The position numbers were made by a program, and so were the translations under genes. From a virus (taxonomy: Duplodnaviria; Caudoviricetes), in the IMG/VR virus record IMGVR_UViG_3300014872_000006, positions 1 through 37,948 of that record: 37,948 nt of DNA. The stretch is one strand, 5' to 3'. Every line of letters begins with the position of its first letter. The first letter of the stretch is position 1. Under the pieces are notes generated by a model. That model was not told the origin of the DNA. It saw only the letters and a list, made by a program, of their open reading frames with translations, and made no database searches. Below, piece by piece: positions 25,852 through 33,597 of the stretch.

Positions 25852-26999
25852 TTCGGGAACAGCTCCAGCGCCTGGTCGGAGGCCTGCGCCGCCCGCTGCT
25901 GCGCCTGCTGTGCAGCGAGCTGCTCGCCCGCCTGCTTCCACTCGCTGGGCAGCTCGGACTCGAGTTTCAGCGCGAGCGACGAGATCTCGTCGCTGTATTT
26001 GGCGATCTGTTTGTTGATCTTGTCGGGCGTGTATTTGGCCAGCTGCAGCGCGAGCCGGCACCATTCCTCCAGCGGATGCGCCTCCTCGTCTTCGCTCACC
26101 GTCTCGTAGTCTGGATCCGACTCCGCAGTACCGGCAGCCGGATGGAATTCGGACACGATCTCCTGGCTGTCTTCCTGCTCGACTTGCTGGACTGCCTCGG
26201 CGTGTTGCTCGGGCGTGTATTCGCCGGCAGTGATCTGCAGCGCCGTGGCGCGCTGAGCCTGCGCGCGCGCCGCGATCTGGAACGCAGCCTCCATGTTGCC
26301 GCGCAGCACGAGGGAAACTGCAAAGGCCTTCGAGGTCTTGGCCTGGCCGTTCTCCTCATAGGAAACGGTGTGTGGGTAGACGATCAGCTTGAACGGGATC
26401 CAGGAGAGGATGCCAAAGTTCTTCTTGAACAGCTTCAGCGCTTCAGTGAGGGAGTTTATCGTTTCCCAGCTCGTGGTGCGGAACACGTGGAAGCCGCCGT
26501 ACACAGACGCGGCCTCGAGGAAGAAGCTGAGCACGCCGTAAGGCTTGCACTGCACCTGGCCAACCGGTCGCGGGAATGAAGTCAGCGGATAGTCGCCCTT
26601 GTGCTGCCTGAGCAGCGGACACGTGCACTGGATCTCTTTGTTGAGCACGCGATCGAACGCGCGCGCGCCGTTACCCTGGCAGCGCACCTTCGAATCCTGC
26701 CACGCGGTCAACGACGTCTTGAAGTTCTGCTCCGGCTCATCCCACAGGAACCGGATGTCGATTTCCGTGGGCGCCGGGCCGATGCGATCGTGGACACCTT
26801 TGTCGAGCAGGTAGTTGTTGTCGGCGCCGCGCACGCGTGTGCGGATCCGGAAGTGATCGTACTTTTCCGGGATGTTGAACTTCTTGCCGCCTCCCGATTT
26901 CACCTCTTTGCCTTTGCCACCGATCTTCACGTAGCCGATGCACGCCAGCTTCGGCCGCAGCACGCTCGACACGATGCCGTTGAATTCGGGCGCGCTCAC
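25848..26999 (-). CDS. Gp3-like recombination protein (RDF-like family)
   Basis: IGYVKIG.KG..PEK.DHF..CKP.G.L.F.L..GG...FRTTSW.TI..L; next to the exonuclease. Confidence 0.75.
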   Translation of the reverse strand: MSAPEFNGIVSSVLRPKLACIGYVKIGGKGKEVKSGGGKKFNIPEKYDHFRIRTRVRGADNNYLLDKGVHDRIGPAPTEIDIRFLWDEPEQNFKTSLTAWQDSKVRCQGNGARAFDRVLNKEIQCTCPLLRQHKGDYPLTSFPRPVGQVQCKPYGVLSFFLEAASVYGGFHVFRTTSWETINSLTEALKLFKKNFGILSWIPFKLIVYPHTVSYEENGQAKTSKAFAVSLVLRGNMEAAFQIAARAQAQRATALQITAGEYTPEQHAEAVQQVEQEDSQEIVSEFHPAAGTAESDPDYETVSEDEEAHPLEEWCRLALQLAKYTPDKINKQIAKYSDEISSLALKLESELPSEWKQAGEQLAAQQAQQRAAQASDQALELFPK

Positions 27000-27268
27000 G
27001 AGGCACGCTCCTGACGCTGCGAGGCTACTGCGACTGGCCAAGGCATGCGGAGGATCCGCGCCGCCTGTCGCAGCACATCGGCGGCGCTTTGCCAGACGTG
27101 AGCGAGGAGGGTAGACGTTGCGGCGCGGTCGTAGACTTGCGCGAGCTGCTCGGCATCGGCGTGCTTGACCAGGTCGGCCGCCAGGATGCCGGCGACGTAC
27201 TTCCACTGATCGCGCTCCGCCTCGGCGCGTGTCAGCTTCAGCTCGAGCTCGCGGGCGTACGGGATCAC
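26996..27268 (-). CDS. Hypothetical protein
   Basis: Coupled ORF. Confidence 0.6.
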   Translation of the reverse strand: MIPYARELELKLTRAEAERDQWKYVAGILAADLVKHADAEQLAQVYDRAATSTLLAHVWQSAADVLRQAARILRMPWPVAVASQRQERAS

Positions 27269-27747
27269 GCAGCCCCCTCGATATTGCTGTACGCAAACTG
27301 GCCAAAGCAGTCGCGCGCCGCCGTCAGGTACGCCCGGGCCGCATCCTCCTCAGAATTGAAAAGACCGAGGTACCTACTGCGTCCGTGCACTTTGATTTGA
27401 GCCTGCCACTTTTGGCACTTGCGATGCCAAGTTACGCCCTTGAGTTGCGAGCACCTTCCCTGGATCACGCGCCTGTTGCCCTGGTTGAGCGAATTGGTGC
27501 AGATGCGCAGATTCGACCGTTGATTGTTCAGTCGGTTGCCGTCGGCATGATCCACAAAAACGGTCCTGCCAGCGTTTACGACGCCCAACAGAACTCGGTG
27601 CATCAGAAGGGAGCGCGGCGCGTGATTGCTGGCGCGATAGACAGCGCCTACAGGCGAGAGTCGCCACTTCCACGTTGACAGAAACTCCAGGTCAGAATCG
27701 TCAACAAGCGCGACAGCATCCGCGTTGGTCAGCTTTATCTGCGCCAT
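27265..27747 (-). CDS. HNH-AP2 homing endonuclease
   Basis: ALVD..D..W..MHR..VDH.DGNRLNN.RSNLR..T..N plus KGV.W..KW.AQI..LG.F..EEDAARAY (AP2). Confidence 0.92.
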   Translation of the reverse strand: MAQIKLTNADAVALVDDSDLEFLSTWKWRLSPVGAVYRASNHAPRSLLMHRVLLGVVNAGRTVFVDHADGNRLNNQRSNLRICTNSLNQGNRRVIQGRCSQLKGVTWHRKCQKWQAQIKVHGRSRYLGLFNSEEDAARAYLTAARDCFGQFAYSNIEGAA

Positions 27748-27750
27748 TTT

Positions 27751-27936
27751 CTAGGCTGCCTTGCCTTTCGGCGGATCGGCCGGAGGCGTGCGTGTCACCT
27801 TGATCTCGCGATCGTCCACGCGGGTGAAAACCACCAGCTGGCGCGGGTCGCGGCGAATGAAACCGCCTGCGAACGTGGACCGGCGCGAGCTCCAGCGGCG
27901 TCCTGGTCGGGGTCTTACTTCTTCCTTGTCGCTCAT
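27751..27936 (-). CDS. Hypothetical protein
   Basis: ATG at 27936; ends 3 nt before the HNH-AP2 start. Confidence 0.5.
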   Translation of the reverse strand: MSDKEEVRPRPGRRWSSRRSTFAGGFIRRDPRQLVVFTRVDDREIKVTRTPPADPPKGKAA

Positions 27937-28045
27937 TGACTCGATACCTTGGTGCAGACAACTGCTGCCCGGTTCGCCGGGCGCGAGCGCCACTCGATCG
28001 CAATCCTTCGCGGGGCTTCGATCAGTGGCGTTTCGTTTTCCATCA

Positions 28046-28150
28046 AGCGGACGGTCGGAATCGAACCGACACCTCCGAGCTGGCCCGACGCGGAAACCTG
28101 GGGGAAACCGTCATCGTGCCCGGCGCTCTAACACCGTGAGCTACGTCCGC
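28046..28150 (-). ncRNA. tRNA-like RNA with an expanded (39-nt) anticodon loop
   Basis: Acceptor GCGGACG/CGTCCGC, D stem GCTC/GAGC, anticodon stem CCGGG/CTCGG, T arm GTCGG-TTCGATT-CCGAC. Confidence 0.8.
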
Positions 28151-28260
28151 AAAGTCGTCGGTCTCTCCCGACAGTCCTCCATTGATCCGATCGCCGGTTG
28201 CAGGAGCGGCGACTTCCCCGGAGTCATCGCGGACCGATGAAAGCCCCATCCGGTTAGCAG

Positions 28261-28332
28261 TTGCGGGGGCACGGTTCGAACGTGCGACCTCCGGGTTATG
28301 GGCCCGGCGAGCTACCACTGCTCCACCCCGCG
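28261..28332 (-). tRNA. tRNA-Met(CAT), initiator (fMet) type, no encoded CCA
   Basis: CGCGGGG/CCCCGCA with C1xA72 mismatch, three G-C pairs in the anticodon stem, loop CCCATAA, T arm GCACG-TTCGAAC-CGTGC. Confidence 0.93.
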
Positions 28333-28367
28333 AAAGCGTCGCACCGGTTTATGCGGCGCCCCTTGAC

Positions 28368-28499
28368 CTACAGATACCAATTCGTATTTCGCCGCCGACC
28401 AGTGCGTAGTGAGTCCTTGCGCTCCAGGTACCGCACCACAGCACGCTCGATCAGCGCGAACGCCGTCGCACCAGCGATGCCCGCGAGCACGTAGCTCAT
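28368..28499 (-). CDS. Small membrane protein
   Basis: MSYVLAGIAGATAFALIERAVV; ATGA overlap and GGGAG RBS. Confidence 0.55.
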   Translation of the reverse strand: MSYVLAGIAGATAFALIERAVVRYLERKDSLRTGRRRNTNWYL

Positions 28500-28702
28500 G
28501 CGTGCGTCCGCTCCCATTCCTGCTGCAGCCTGACTGCTTCCTCCGCAGCCTTCGACGGCCGCCGCTCGAACACACCGCACCGCTCCGGGATCCTGCGCGG
28601 CTTCACGCGCGCGCTGAGCTTGAGCGCTCTGACCGCGAGGTCGGCCAGCAACATCGACGTCCAGATGAGCAGCACGGCCAGGAGCATGCGGATCGCGGTC
28701 AT
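28496..28702 (-). CDS. Small membrane protein
   Basis: Hydrophobic N-terminus; GGAGG RBS and ATGA overlap. Confidence 0.6.
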   Translation of the reverse strand: MTAIRMLLAVLLIWTSMLLADLAVRALKLSARVKPRRIPERCGVFERRPSKAAEEAVRLQQEWERTHA

Positions 28703-29172
28703 TGCACCGGCCTCCACCGTCCATCAGCAGCGCAGTGCGAGCAGTAGCCGCACGCCTGCGTCTCGTGCGCTGTAGTCAGCCGTCCGCAGCGCCCGATACA
28801 AGGCTTGGCATTCGGGCACTTCGCGTGACGTACGCCGTGGCATGGGCACAGCCGGTCACAACCCCGCGTGATCTTGCGGCGCGTGTACGGTGTGCAGCGG
28901 CACGGGCGCCCATCGATGCCTGGGTGGGTCTTGGTCTCCGGATACGTGCGCTCGGTGTATTCGCTGGTCATGCTTCCCTCATCGCAGAGCATGAGGTACG
29001 CGACTTCGATTTTCCTGCGCGTCTCAGGAGCCAGATCGTGGTAAGCGAGCACCGTGCGCAGCGCACCTCTCGCGTAGCCCGAGTCGTAGGCCTCGGCGTA
29101 ATCCACCCGAAGGCTTCGCGCCTCTGCCACTTCCGCGCGCGCCTGTTCGCTCACCTTCAGGTCGACCTTCAT
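28699..29172 (-). CDS. Hypothetical protein with Cys-rich C-terminus
   Basis: GAGGG RBS; many Cys/His residues in the C-terminal half. Confidence 0.6.
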   Translation of the reverse strand: MKVDLKVSEQARAEVAEARSLRVDYAEAYDSGYARGALRTVLAYHDLAPETRRKIEVAYLMLCDEGSMTSEYTERTYPETKTHPGIDGRPCRCTPYTRRKITRGCDRLCPCHGVRHAKCPNAKPCIGRCGRLTTAHETQACGYCSHCAADGRWRPVQ

Positions 29173-29199
29173 GCGGCCCTCACGATTTCAATCACGCGG

Positions 29200-29616
29200 T
29201 CAGTGGGCGTCGCGCAGGATGATGGCGCGGGCCGCCTTGCTGTGCGCCTGCCACCGTTTCATGACTCGCTTGTGAGCCGATAGCCAGACAGAAGTACGCC
29301 AGCCCAGTGGCCCGAAGATCAGCAGCGCCATATTGACCGATACCGCGACCGGATCGACCTGGCGCTTTGGATGCTGGCCAATTGCAAGAACGGCATTAGC
29401 TCGCACGAGCTGGGGCGCGCGCTTGGCGTGACCCAGAAGTCCGCTTGGTTCATGCTGCACCGCATCCGGCTTGCGATGCAGACCCAAAGCTTTGAGAAGC
29501 TGAGCGTCGTGATCGCGCTTCACATCGGCATCGCGTTTCACGCGAACAATCCGCAGCACGACTACCAGAACGACGCCAACAGCAATCACAATGAACGGCG
29601 CCAGAAGCTCGATCAT
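29200..29616 (-). CDS. Membrane-anchored hypothetical protein containing antisense IS-derived sequence
   Basis: MIELLAPFIVIAVGVVLVVVLR TM segment; ATG overlaps the upstream stop (ATGA). Confidence 0.5.
   Translation of the reverse strand: MIELLAPFIVIAVGVVLVVVLRIVRVKRDADVKRDHDAQLLKALGLHRKPDAVQHEPSGLLGHAKRAPQLVRANAVLAIGQHPKRQVDPVAVSVNMALLIFGPLGWRTSVWLSAHKRVMKRWQAHSKAARAIILRDAH
29359..29505 (+). mobile_element. IS1595-family transposase internal fragment
   Basis: LALWMLANCKNGISSHELGRALGVTQKSAWFMLHRIRLAMQTQSFEKLS matches the IS1595 HTH region; it stops just before the expected G.VE.DE motif. Confidence 0.85.
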
Positions 29617-29759
29617 GTATTCACAGCCGTTTGATTGTTGACTTTCCGTAATGCTCGAAAACAGATTCGGCACACATCGCTGTCGTTCGTTCCACGCTTC
29701 CACCCGTTGTGACTTTCCTCTTTGGGCAGTTTTGCCGGGCCATCGTTGCCGTATGTCAT
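29613..29759 (-). CDS. Small hypothetical protein
   Basis: ATGA overlaps at both ends; CRIC motif. Confidence 0.5.
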   Translation of the reverse strand: MTYGNDGPAKLPKEESHNGWKRGTNDSDVCRICFRALRKVNNQTAVNT

Positions 29760-29974
29760 CGCGTCACTGAATCGATTGGCACAACACCGCCGCGAATGCA
29801 CGGGAACACGACGCCGTTCTGGGGATCACTCGGCGGACACACTCGCTCACGCGGCGGACCGGCTGGCCAGATAATGACGGGCTGATCGACGGGCGCACTC
29901 GGGGAGTCGCAGCCGAGCGTCAGCATGCCGGCTGTGCCCAGGACGCGGAGCAGGGCAGAGAGGAGGCGCGTCAT
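29756..29974 (-). CDS. Small lipoprotein
   Basis: Signal peptide with lipobox-like LTLG-C followed by DSPSAP. Confidence 0.65.
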   Translation of the reverse strand: MTRLLSALLRVLGTAGMLTLGCDSPSAPVDQPVIIWPAGPPRERVCPPSDPQNGVVFPCIRGGVVPIDSVTR

Positions 29975-30207
29975 GCCGCACCACGAATGTCATCGAGGAG
30001 TGCACGGATCTCGGCGTCCAGCTCAGCCTGGCGCTGCAGAGCGGCGAACATGCCCGGGGCCTGCACGATCAGCCGGGCATTCGCTTCGGCGTCTTGGTGC
30101 TCGTCGTGCACAGTGGCGATCAGTTCGCCGTCCTCGGTCGTGACCGCCGTCGCTGCGGCGCCGCGGAAGCGCGGAGCAATTCGCCAGGGGCCTGGGGTGG
30201 CGGGCAT
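29971..30207 (-). CDS. Conserved phage early protein (TPGPW..ANARLI..AP family)
   Basis: TPGPW and EANARLIVQAP motifs. Confidence 0.75.
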   Translation of the reverse strand: MPATPGPWRIAPRFRGAAATAVTTEDGELIATVHDEHQDAEANARLIVQAPGMFAALQRQAELDAEIRALLDDIRGAA

Positions 30208-30419
30208 CAGGCGATCGCCTCCGCATCGGTTGCCGGGACCGGGTGACTCTGTATCCATTCGTCGATCGTAGACCGACGGAAACGGAGCATGCGGCCGGCT
30301 TTCTCGAAGGGGATTTCTCGCCGGGACACCTTGTTGTATACCGTGCCCAGCTTCACTCCGAGGTACTCAGCAACCTCGGGCGCGGTGAGCAATCGGTCGT
30401 CTGTTGCGTTGCTTGTCAT
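30207..30419 (-). CDS. Excisionase-fold HTH (HTH_17) protein in the Cro position
   Basis: LLTAPEVAEYLGV...TVY..V..EIP..K.G..LRF.R..IDEWI; first gene of the leftward operon, divergent from the repressor. Confidence 0.85.
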   Translation of the reverse strand: MTSNATDDRLLTAPEVAEYLGVKLGTVYNKVSRREIPFEKAGRMLRFRRSTIDEWIQSHPVPATDAEAIA

Positions 30420-30455
30420 GTTCACGCTTCTTAACTTTGGTCCATGCGATACGGC

Positions 30456-30492
30456 ATGGGCCCATACTATATGGGTTGGGCTCATACGTCAA
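30456..30492 (-). promoter_or_regulatory. Leftward early promoter with overlapping operators
   Basis: TTGACG (30487-92)-N17-TAGTAT (30464-69). Palindrome ATGGGCCCAT (30456-65) and variant TTGGGCTCAT (30476-85) lie 20 bp apart. Confidence 0.7.
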
Positions 30493-30497
30493 GTGTT

Positions 30498-31205
30498 ATG
30501 AATCATGAGATAGGGGCAAGCGTGGGCGAGTGGCTCCCCAACGAATTGCTTGGCAAGCAGATACGACTACTTCGAGTCCGCCTGGGGCTTAAGCAGTCAG
30601 AATTTGCAGAGGCCCTCGGCTCCCCCAAGGGCCAGTCCGAGGTGAGCAAATGGGAGAGCGGTGAAGTACGCCCAGGTCAGGAAAAGCTGCAGGCAATCGC
30701 GCGGCTGGCTCACGTGCCGATGAGGATGTTTCAGGGTGACAACGAAGCCGAGGAGGGGGAGGAGGGCGGCCGAAAGGGCGGCCGAAAGAGCTACAATCGC
30801 GCCTACGCGCTTATCGCGCACCTCGAGGCTGAAATAGGGACCGACCGGATCGCTCTGGCTGACGCGTTCGGGATGGCCAAGGACGAATCAGAGCGGATGG
30901 CGTTCGATGCTGAGGAGCGCCAGACGGTCATCGAGTGGATGAACCGCGTCGTTCAGCGGTCTGCCGGTACCGCTATTCCCGCATTGAAGGTTACGGGCCG
31001 CAGCAGCGTCACCGGTGCGGCGGGCGTCGATTCGCGAGGATTCAAATCCGAACCCGACGCCGCTACCGCCCCACCGCCATCATCCGCAGAACTTGAGAGC
31101 GGTCATGAGGATGCTTCTGATGCAGTGCACGATGCAGAAAGTCCAGGGCCGACAACTCGTAAGGAGCGCCCTGGGCGATCAGCCGGAGGCGATCGTGGTG
31201 CTTGA
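30498..31205 (+). CDS. CI-like XRE HTH repressor (no S24 peptidase domain evident)
   Basis: IRLLR..LGLKQSEFAEALG..Q..VSKWESG..P...L..IA; divergent from the Cro-like gene. Confidence 0.85.
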   Translation: MNHEIGASVGEWLPNELLGKQIRLLRVRLGLKQSEFAEALGSPKGQSEVSKWESGEVRPGQEKLQAIARLAHVPMRMFQGDNEAEEGEEGGRKGGRKSYNRAYALIAHLEAEIGTDRIALADAFGMAKDESERMAFDAEERQTVIEWMNRVVQRSAGTAIPALKVTGRSSVTGAAGVDSRGFKSEPDAATAPPPSSAELESGHEDASDAVHDAESPGPTTRKERPGRSAGGDRGA

Positions 31206-31533
31206 TCAAAGCCTCCTCAACGCCGGCGTCCGACCACGTGGGTAGACGCGTCACCAGCTTGAACCGCCCGTGATGCAGGTGCGGGCGGTAGACGATGTTG
31301 GAGCCTTTGTCAGCGCCGATCGCGGCGATGGACCGAAGGAGATGGAACACGAAGAAGATGTCTTCATTGCACCGGGATTCAGTCGGCATCGATACCGTTA
31401 AGGGAAGACTGCAACTGCGGAGCTGCTGCGGGATTGCCTGCGAAGCTGCGCACGTCGCGACTCGGGGTCCGGGACTGTAACACGGCCCTGTGACAATGGC
31501 AAACCGCAGGAATTCTTAATAGAAACGTTTGGC

Positions 31534-31560
31534 GCATATAGGTCACGTTGACCTATATGC
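31534..31560. repeat. Perfect 12-bp inverted repeat in an intergenic region
   Basis: GCATATAGGTCA-CGT-TGACCTATATGC. Confidence 0.9.
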
Positions 31561-31615
31561 CAGCTAACCAGCATGCGCCATCTTCTTACGACCTTTCCCG
31601 AAGGCGCCCTGACAA

Positions 31616-32818
31616 ATGCGATGCCGCAAAGTCTACTTGATATTCATCGCTGCCATGCTCGGCTGCGACGCCTCGCCCAGTGAGCCTCCAGCGCCGACCC
31701 TGGTAGGCATCGCCATCACCCCTCAGCAACCGTCGATTGTGAGCGGGCTGACGCAGCAGCTCGCGGTCACTGCGTCGTACTCCAACAACTCGACGCGAGA
31801 TGTGACAAGTCTCGCGACTTTCGAGGCGACAGGTGGAACGATCACGTCAGCTGGTCTGTTCACGGCGGGCAACACGCCCGGCAGCAGCTTCGCTATTTCA
31901 GCGACGTTCGAGGGGAAAGGGGCAACCACGGCCGTCACTGTATTGGAGCCGAGCGTTACCGGCTTGGCTCTGTCACCTCCTGGCGTGGGCGTGCAGAACG
32001 CCACGACACGCCAGTTCACTGCTACCGCGACGTACAACAACAACACCGACCGGGACGTGACATTGTTCGCCACGTGGACCGCAACCGGCGGCACGATCTC
32101 GTCAGGCGGATTGTTCCGAGCCGGAAACACTCCGGGCGCTTTTGAGGTTCAGGCGGCCTTCGGAGGGCGGACTGCCACGGCGAGTGGCACGGTTACGATA
32201 GTCGTGATCGCTGTGCGGCTCGACCCTTCTACGGCCACATTGCTCGCAGCCGGGACACAGCAATTCGCGGCGAATGCGCTCTATAGCAACGGCTCGTCCC
32301 AGGTCGTCACCAACACTGCGGTCTTCGCTGGTACCGGAGGCAGCTTCTCCTCAACGACTAATGGACTCTATTCCGGCGGGAATACGACTGGCGCGTTTCA
32401 GGTGAGCGCGACGCTCAACGGCCAGATCGGGACTGCGGCGGTGAACATAGTGCCGCCTCTTACAGTCTCGATCACTGGATCCCCGCGCCTGAGGGGAGTG
32501 AGCAAGCCTAACGGCTCGTACGAGTGCCTTTACGAAATCCGAGCGACCGGTGTGGGTGGATTGCCGGAGCAATTTGCGACATGGGATGGCGGACGGCTGG
32601 ATTGGCGACTCAATGCAACCGGCGCGGTTGAAACCGACAACCTCTCGGCTGGTCAGGTCACGGAGTATTTCGGCTCGAATCGAGTTCAGTCCGGATCGAC
32701 CGTTGGGTCCAGTGCGTACGCCAGCTGGAGCGGGCCATTCAGCATCATCCACACTCTGAGATTCCTGTTGCCGACCGGCGAAATAAGAACAGGCTCCTAC
32801 ACTCTCTTCTGCGATTGA
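31616..32818 (+). CDS. Lipoprotein with three bacterial Ig-like (Big_2-type) repeats
   Basis: Lipobox MLG-C; repeated I.P...G.T.QF.ATA.Y.N....DVT..AT....GG.I...GLF.AG.T.G.F.V.A. Confidence 0.85.
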   Translation: MRCRKVYLIFIAAMLGCDASPSEPPAPTLVGIAITPQQPSIVSGLTQQLAVTASYSNNSTRDVTSLATFEATGGTITSAGLFTAGNTPGSSFAISATFEGKGATTAVTVLEPSVTGLALSPPGVGVQNATTRQFTATATYNNNTDRDVTLFATWTATGGTISSGGLFRAGNTPGAFEVQAAFGGRTATASGTVTIVVIAVRLDPSTATLLAAGTQQFAANALYSNGSSQVVTNTAVFAGTGGSFSSTTNGLYSGGNTTGAFQVSATLNGQIGTAAVNIVPPLTVSITGSPRLRGVSKPNGSYECLYEIRATGVGGLPEQFATWDGGRLDWRLNATGAVETDNLSAGQVTEYFGSNRVQSGSTVGSSAYASWSGPFSIIHTLRFLLPTGEIRTGSYTLFCD

Positions 32819-32820
32819 GC

Positions 32821-33435
32821 ATGGCGCTAACCAAATGCAGGGAGTGCGGAAGGGAAGTGAGCACCGAAGCAGTCGCGTGCCCACACTGTGGCGCGCCAGA
32901 GCCAGCTAAAAGAGCGTCTCCGAAACCGCCAATCACCGTTCGGGAACCTGAGATTCCGGCGTGGAAACGGCCGGTGCCGCTGATTGCGCTTACGGTGGTA
33001 CTCGTCGTGGTGATCACCAGCATCGCGCGATACACCGAAGAGAAGGCAGCTAAGTCAGCCCGTGACCCAGGTCGGCCCGCGTCGGATTCCGCGCTCCCTG
33101 GAGACATTACCAAAGCATTGAGTGAGCCGCTGGATAAGCACGGAACGCTTAAGCTTGAGCGAGCGTGGGAGACAGGCGAAGGCACCAGGTTCGCAACGGG
33201 CTACGCCCTGGTGAGCTATGAGAATACGACCAACAGGACCTTCCAGCAGGCGGTGACTATTCGCTGTGATGCGTTGGACACCGGCGGCGGCAAGATCGGG
33301 ACGAACACGCGCAGCTTCTTTGTGTTCAAACACGGGCCCATCCAGCCGGGTTTTCGTGGCACGGAAGAAATTCCAATTAATACTGACGGCACAGATTTCA
33401 CCAAGATGAGTTGTTGGATAGAGTCGGCCAGATAA
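32821..33435 (+). CDS. Zinc-ribbon, single-TM membrane protein
   Basis: MAL.KC.ECG..VS..A..CPHCG.P, then a TM helix and a beta-rich extracytoplasmic domain. Confidence 0.8.
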   Translation: MALTKCRECGREVSTEAVACPHCGAPEPAKRASPKPPITVREPEIPAWKRPVPLIALTVVLVVVITSIARYTEEKAAKSARDPGRPASDSALPGDITKALSEPLDKHGTLKLERAWETGEGTRFATGYALVSYENTTNRTFQQAVTIRCDALDTGGGKIGTNTRSFFVFKHGPIQPGFRGTEEIPINTDGTDFTKMSCWIESAR

Positions 33436-33464
33436 GTCCACTCTTCCCCGAAGGAGCCTTAACG

Positions 33465-33551
33465 ATGCCCGTACCTCAAAAGGTCGATCGTCGCATCCTC
33501 GAAGCCACTCAGCGCTACCGCCCCATCCTGGAACAGGCGCGCAACAACCGG
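33465..33551 (+). pseudogene. N-terminal remnant of an HsdR-N-like (restriction subunit R-like) gene
   Basis: AAGGAG RBS plus MPVPQKVDRRILEATQRYRPILEQAR; the resemblance ends abruptly. Confidence 0.4.
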
Positions 33552-33597
33552 ATGAAGATCCACGCCACGTTCGACTTCGATCATGCCGGAGGAAGTT

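Noticed and set aside
28151-28260. HDV-like (theta) or hammerhead ribozyme after the tRNA
   Set aside because: Could not build the nested double pseudoknot or a CUGANGA/GAAA core by eye; kept only as a structured spacer.
29371-29634. Plus-strand 87-aa ORF as a functional transposase or complete IS
   Set aside because: Only ~49 codons are IS-like; no DDE domain, zinc ribbon or terminal inverted repeats.
31206-31500. Short ORFs downstream of the repressor
   Set aside because: No convincing RBS, motif or coupling.
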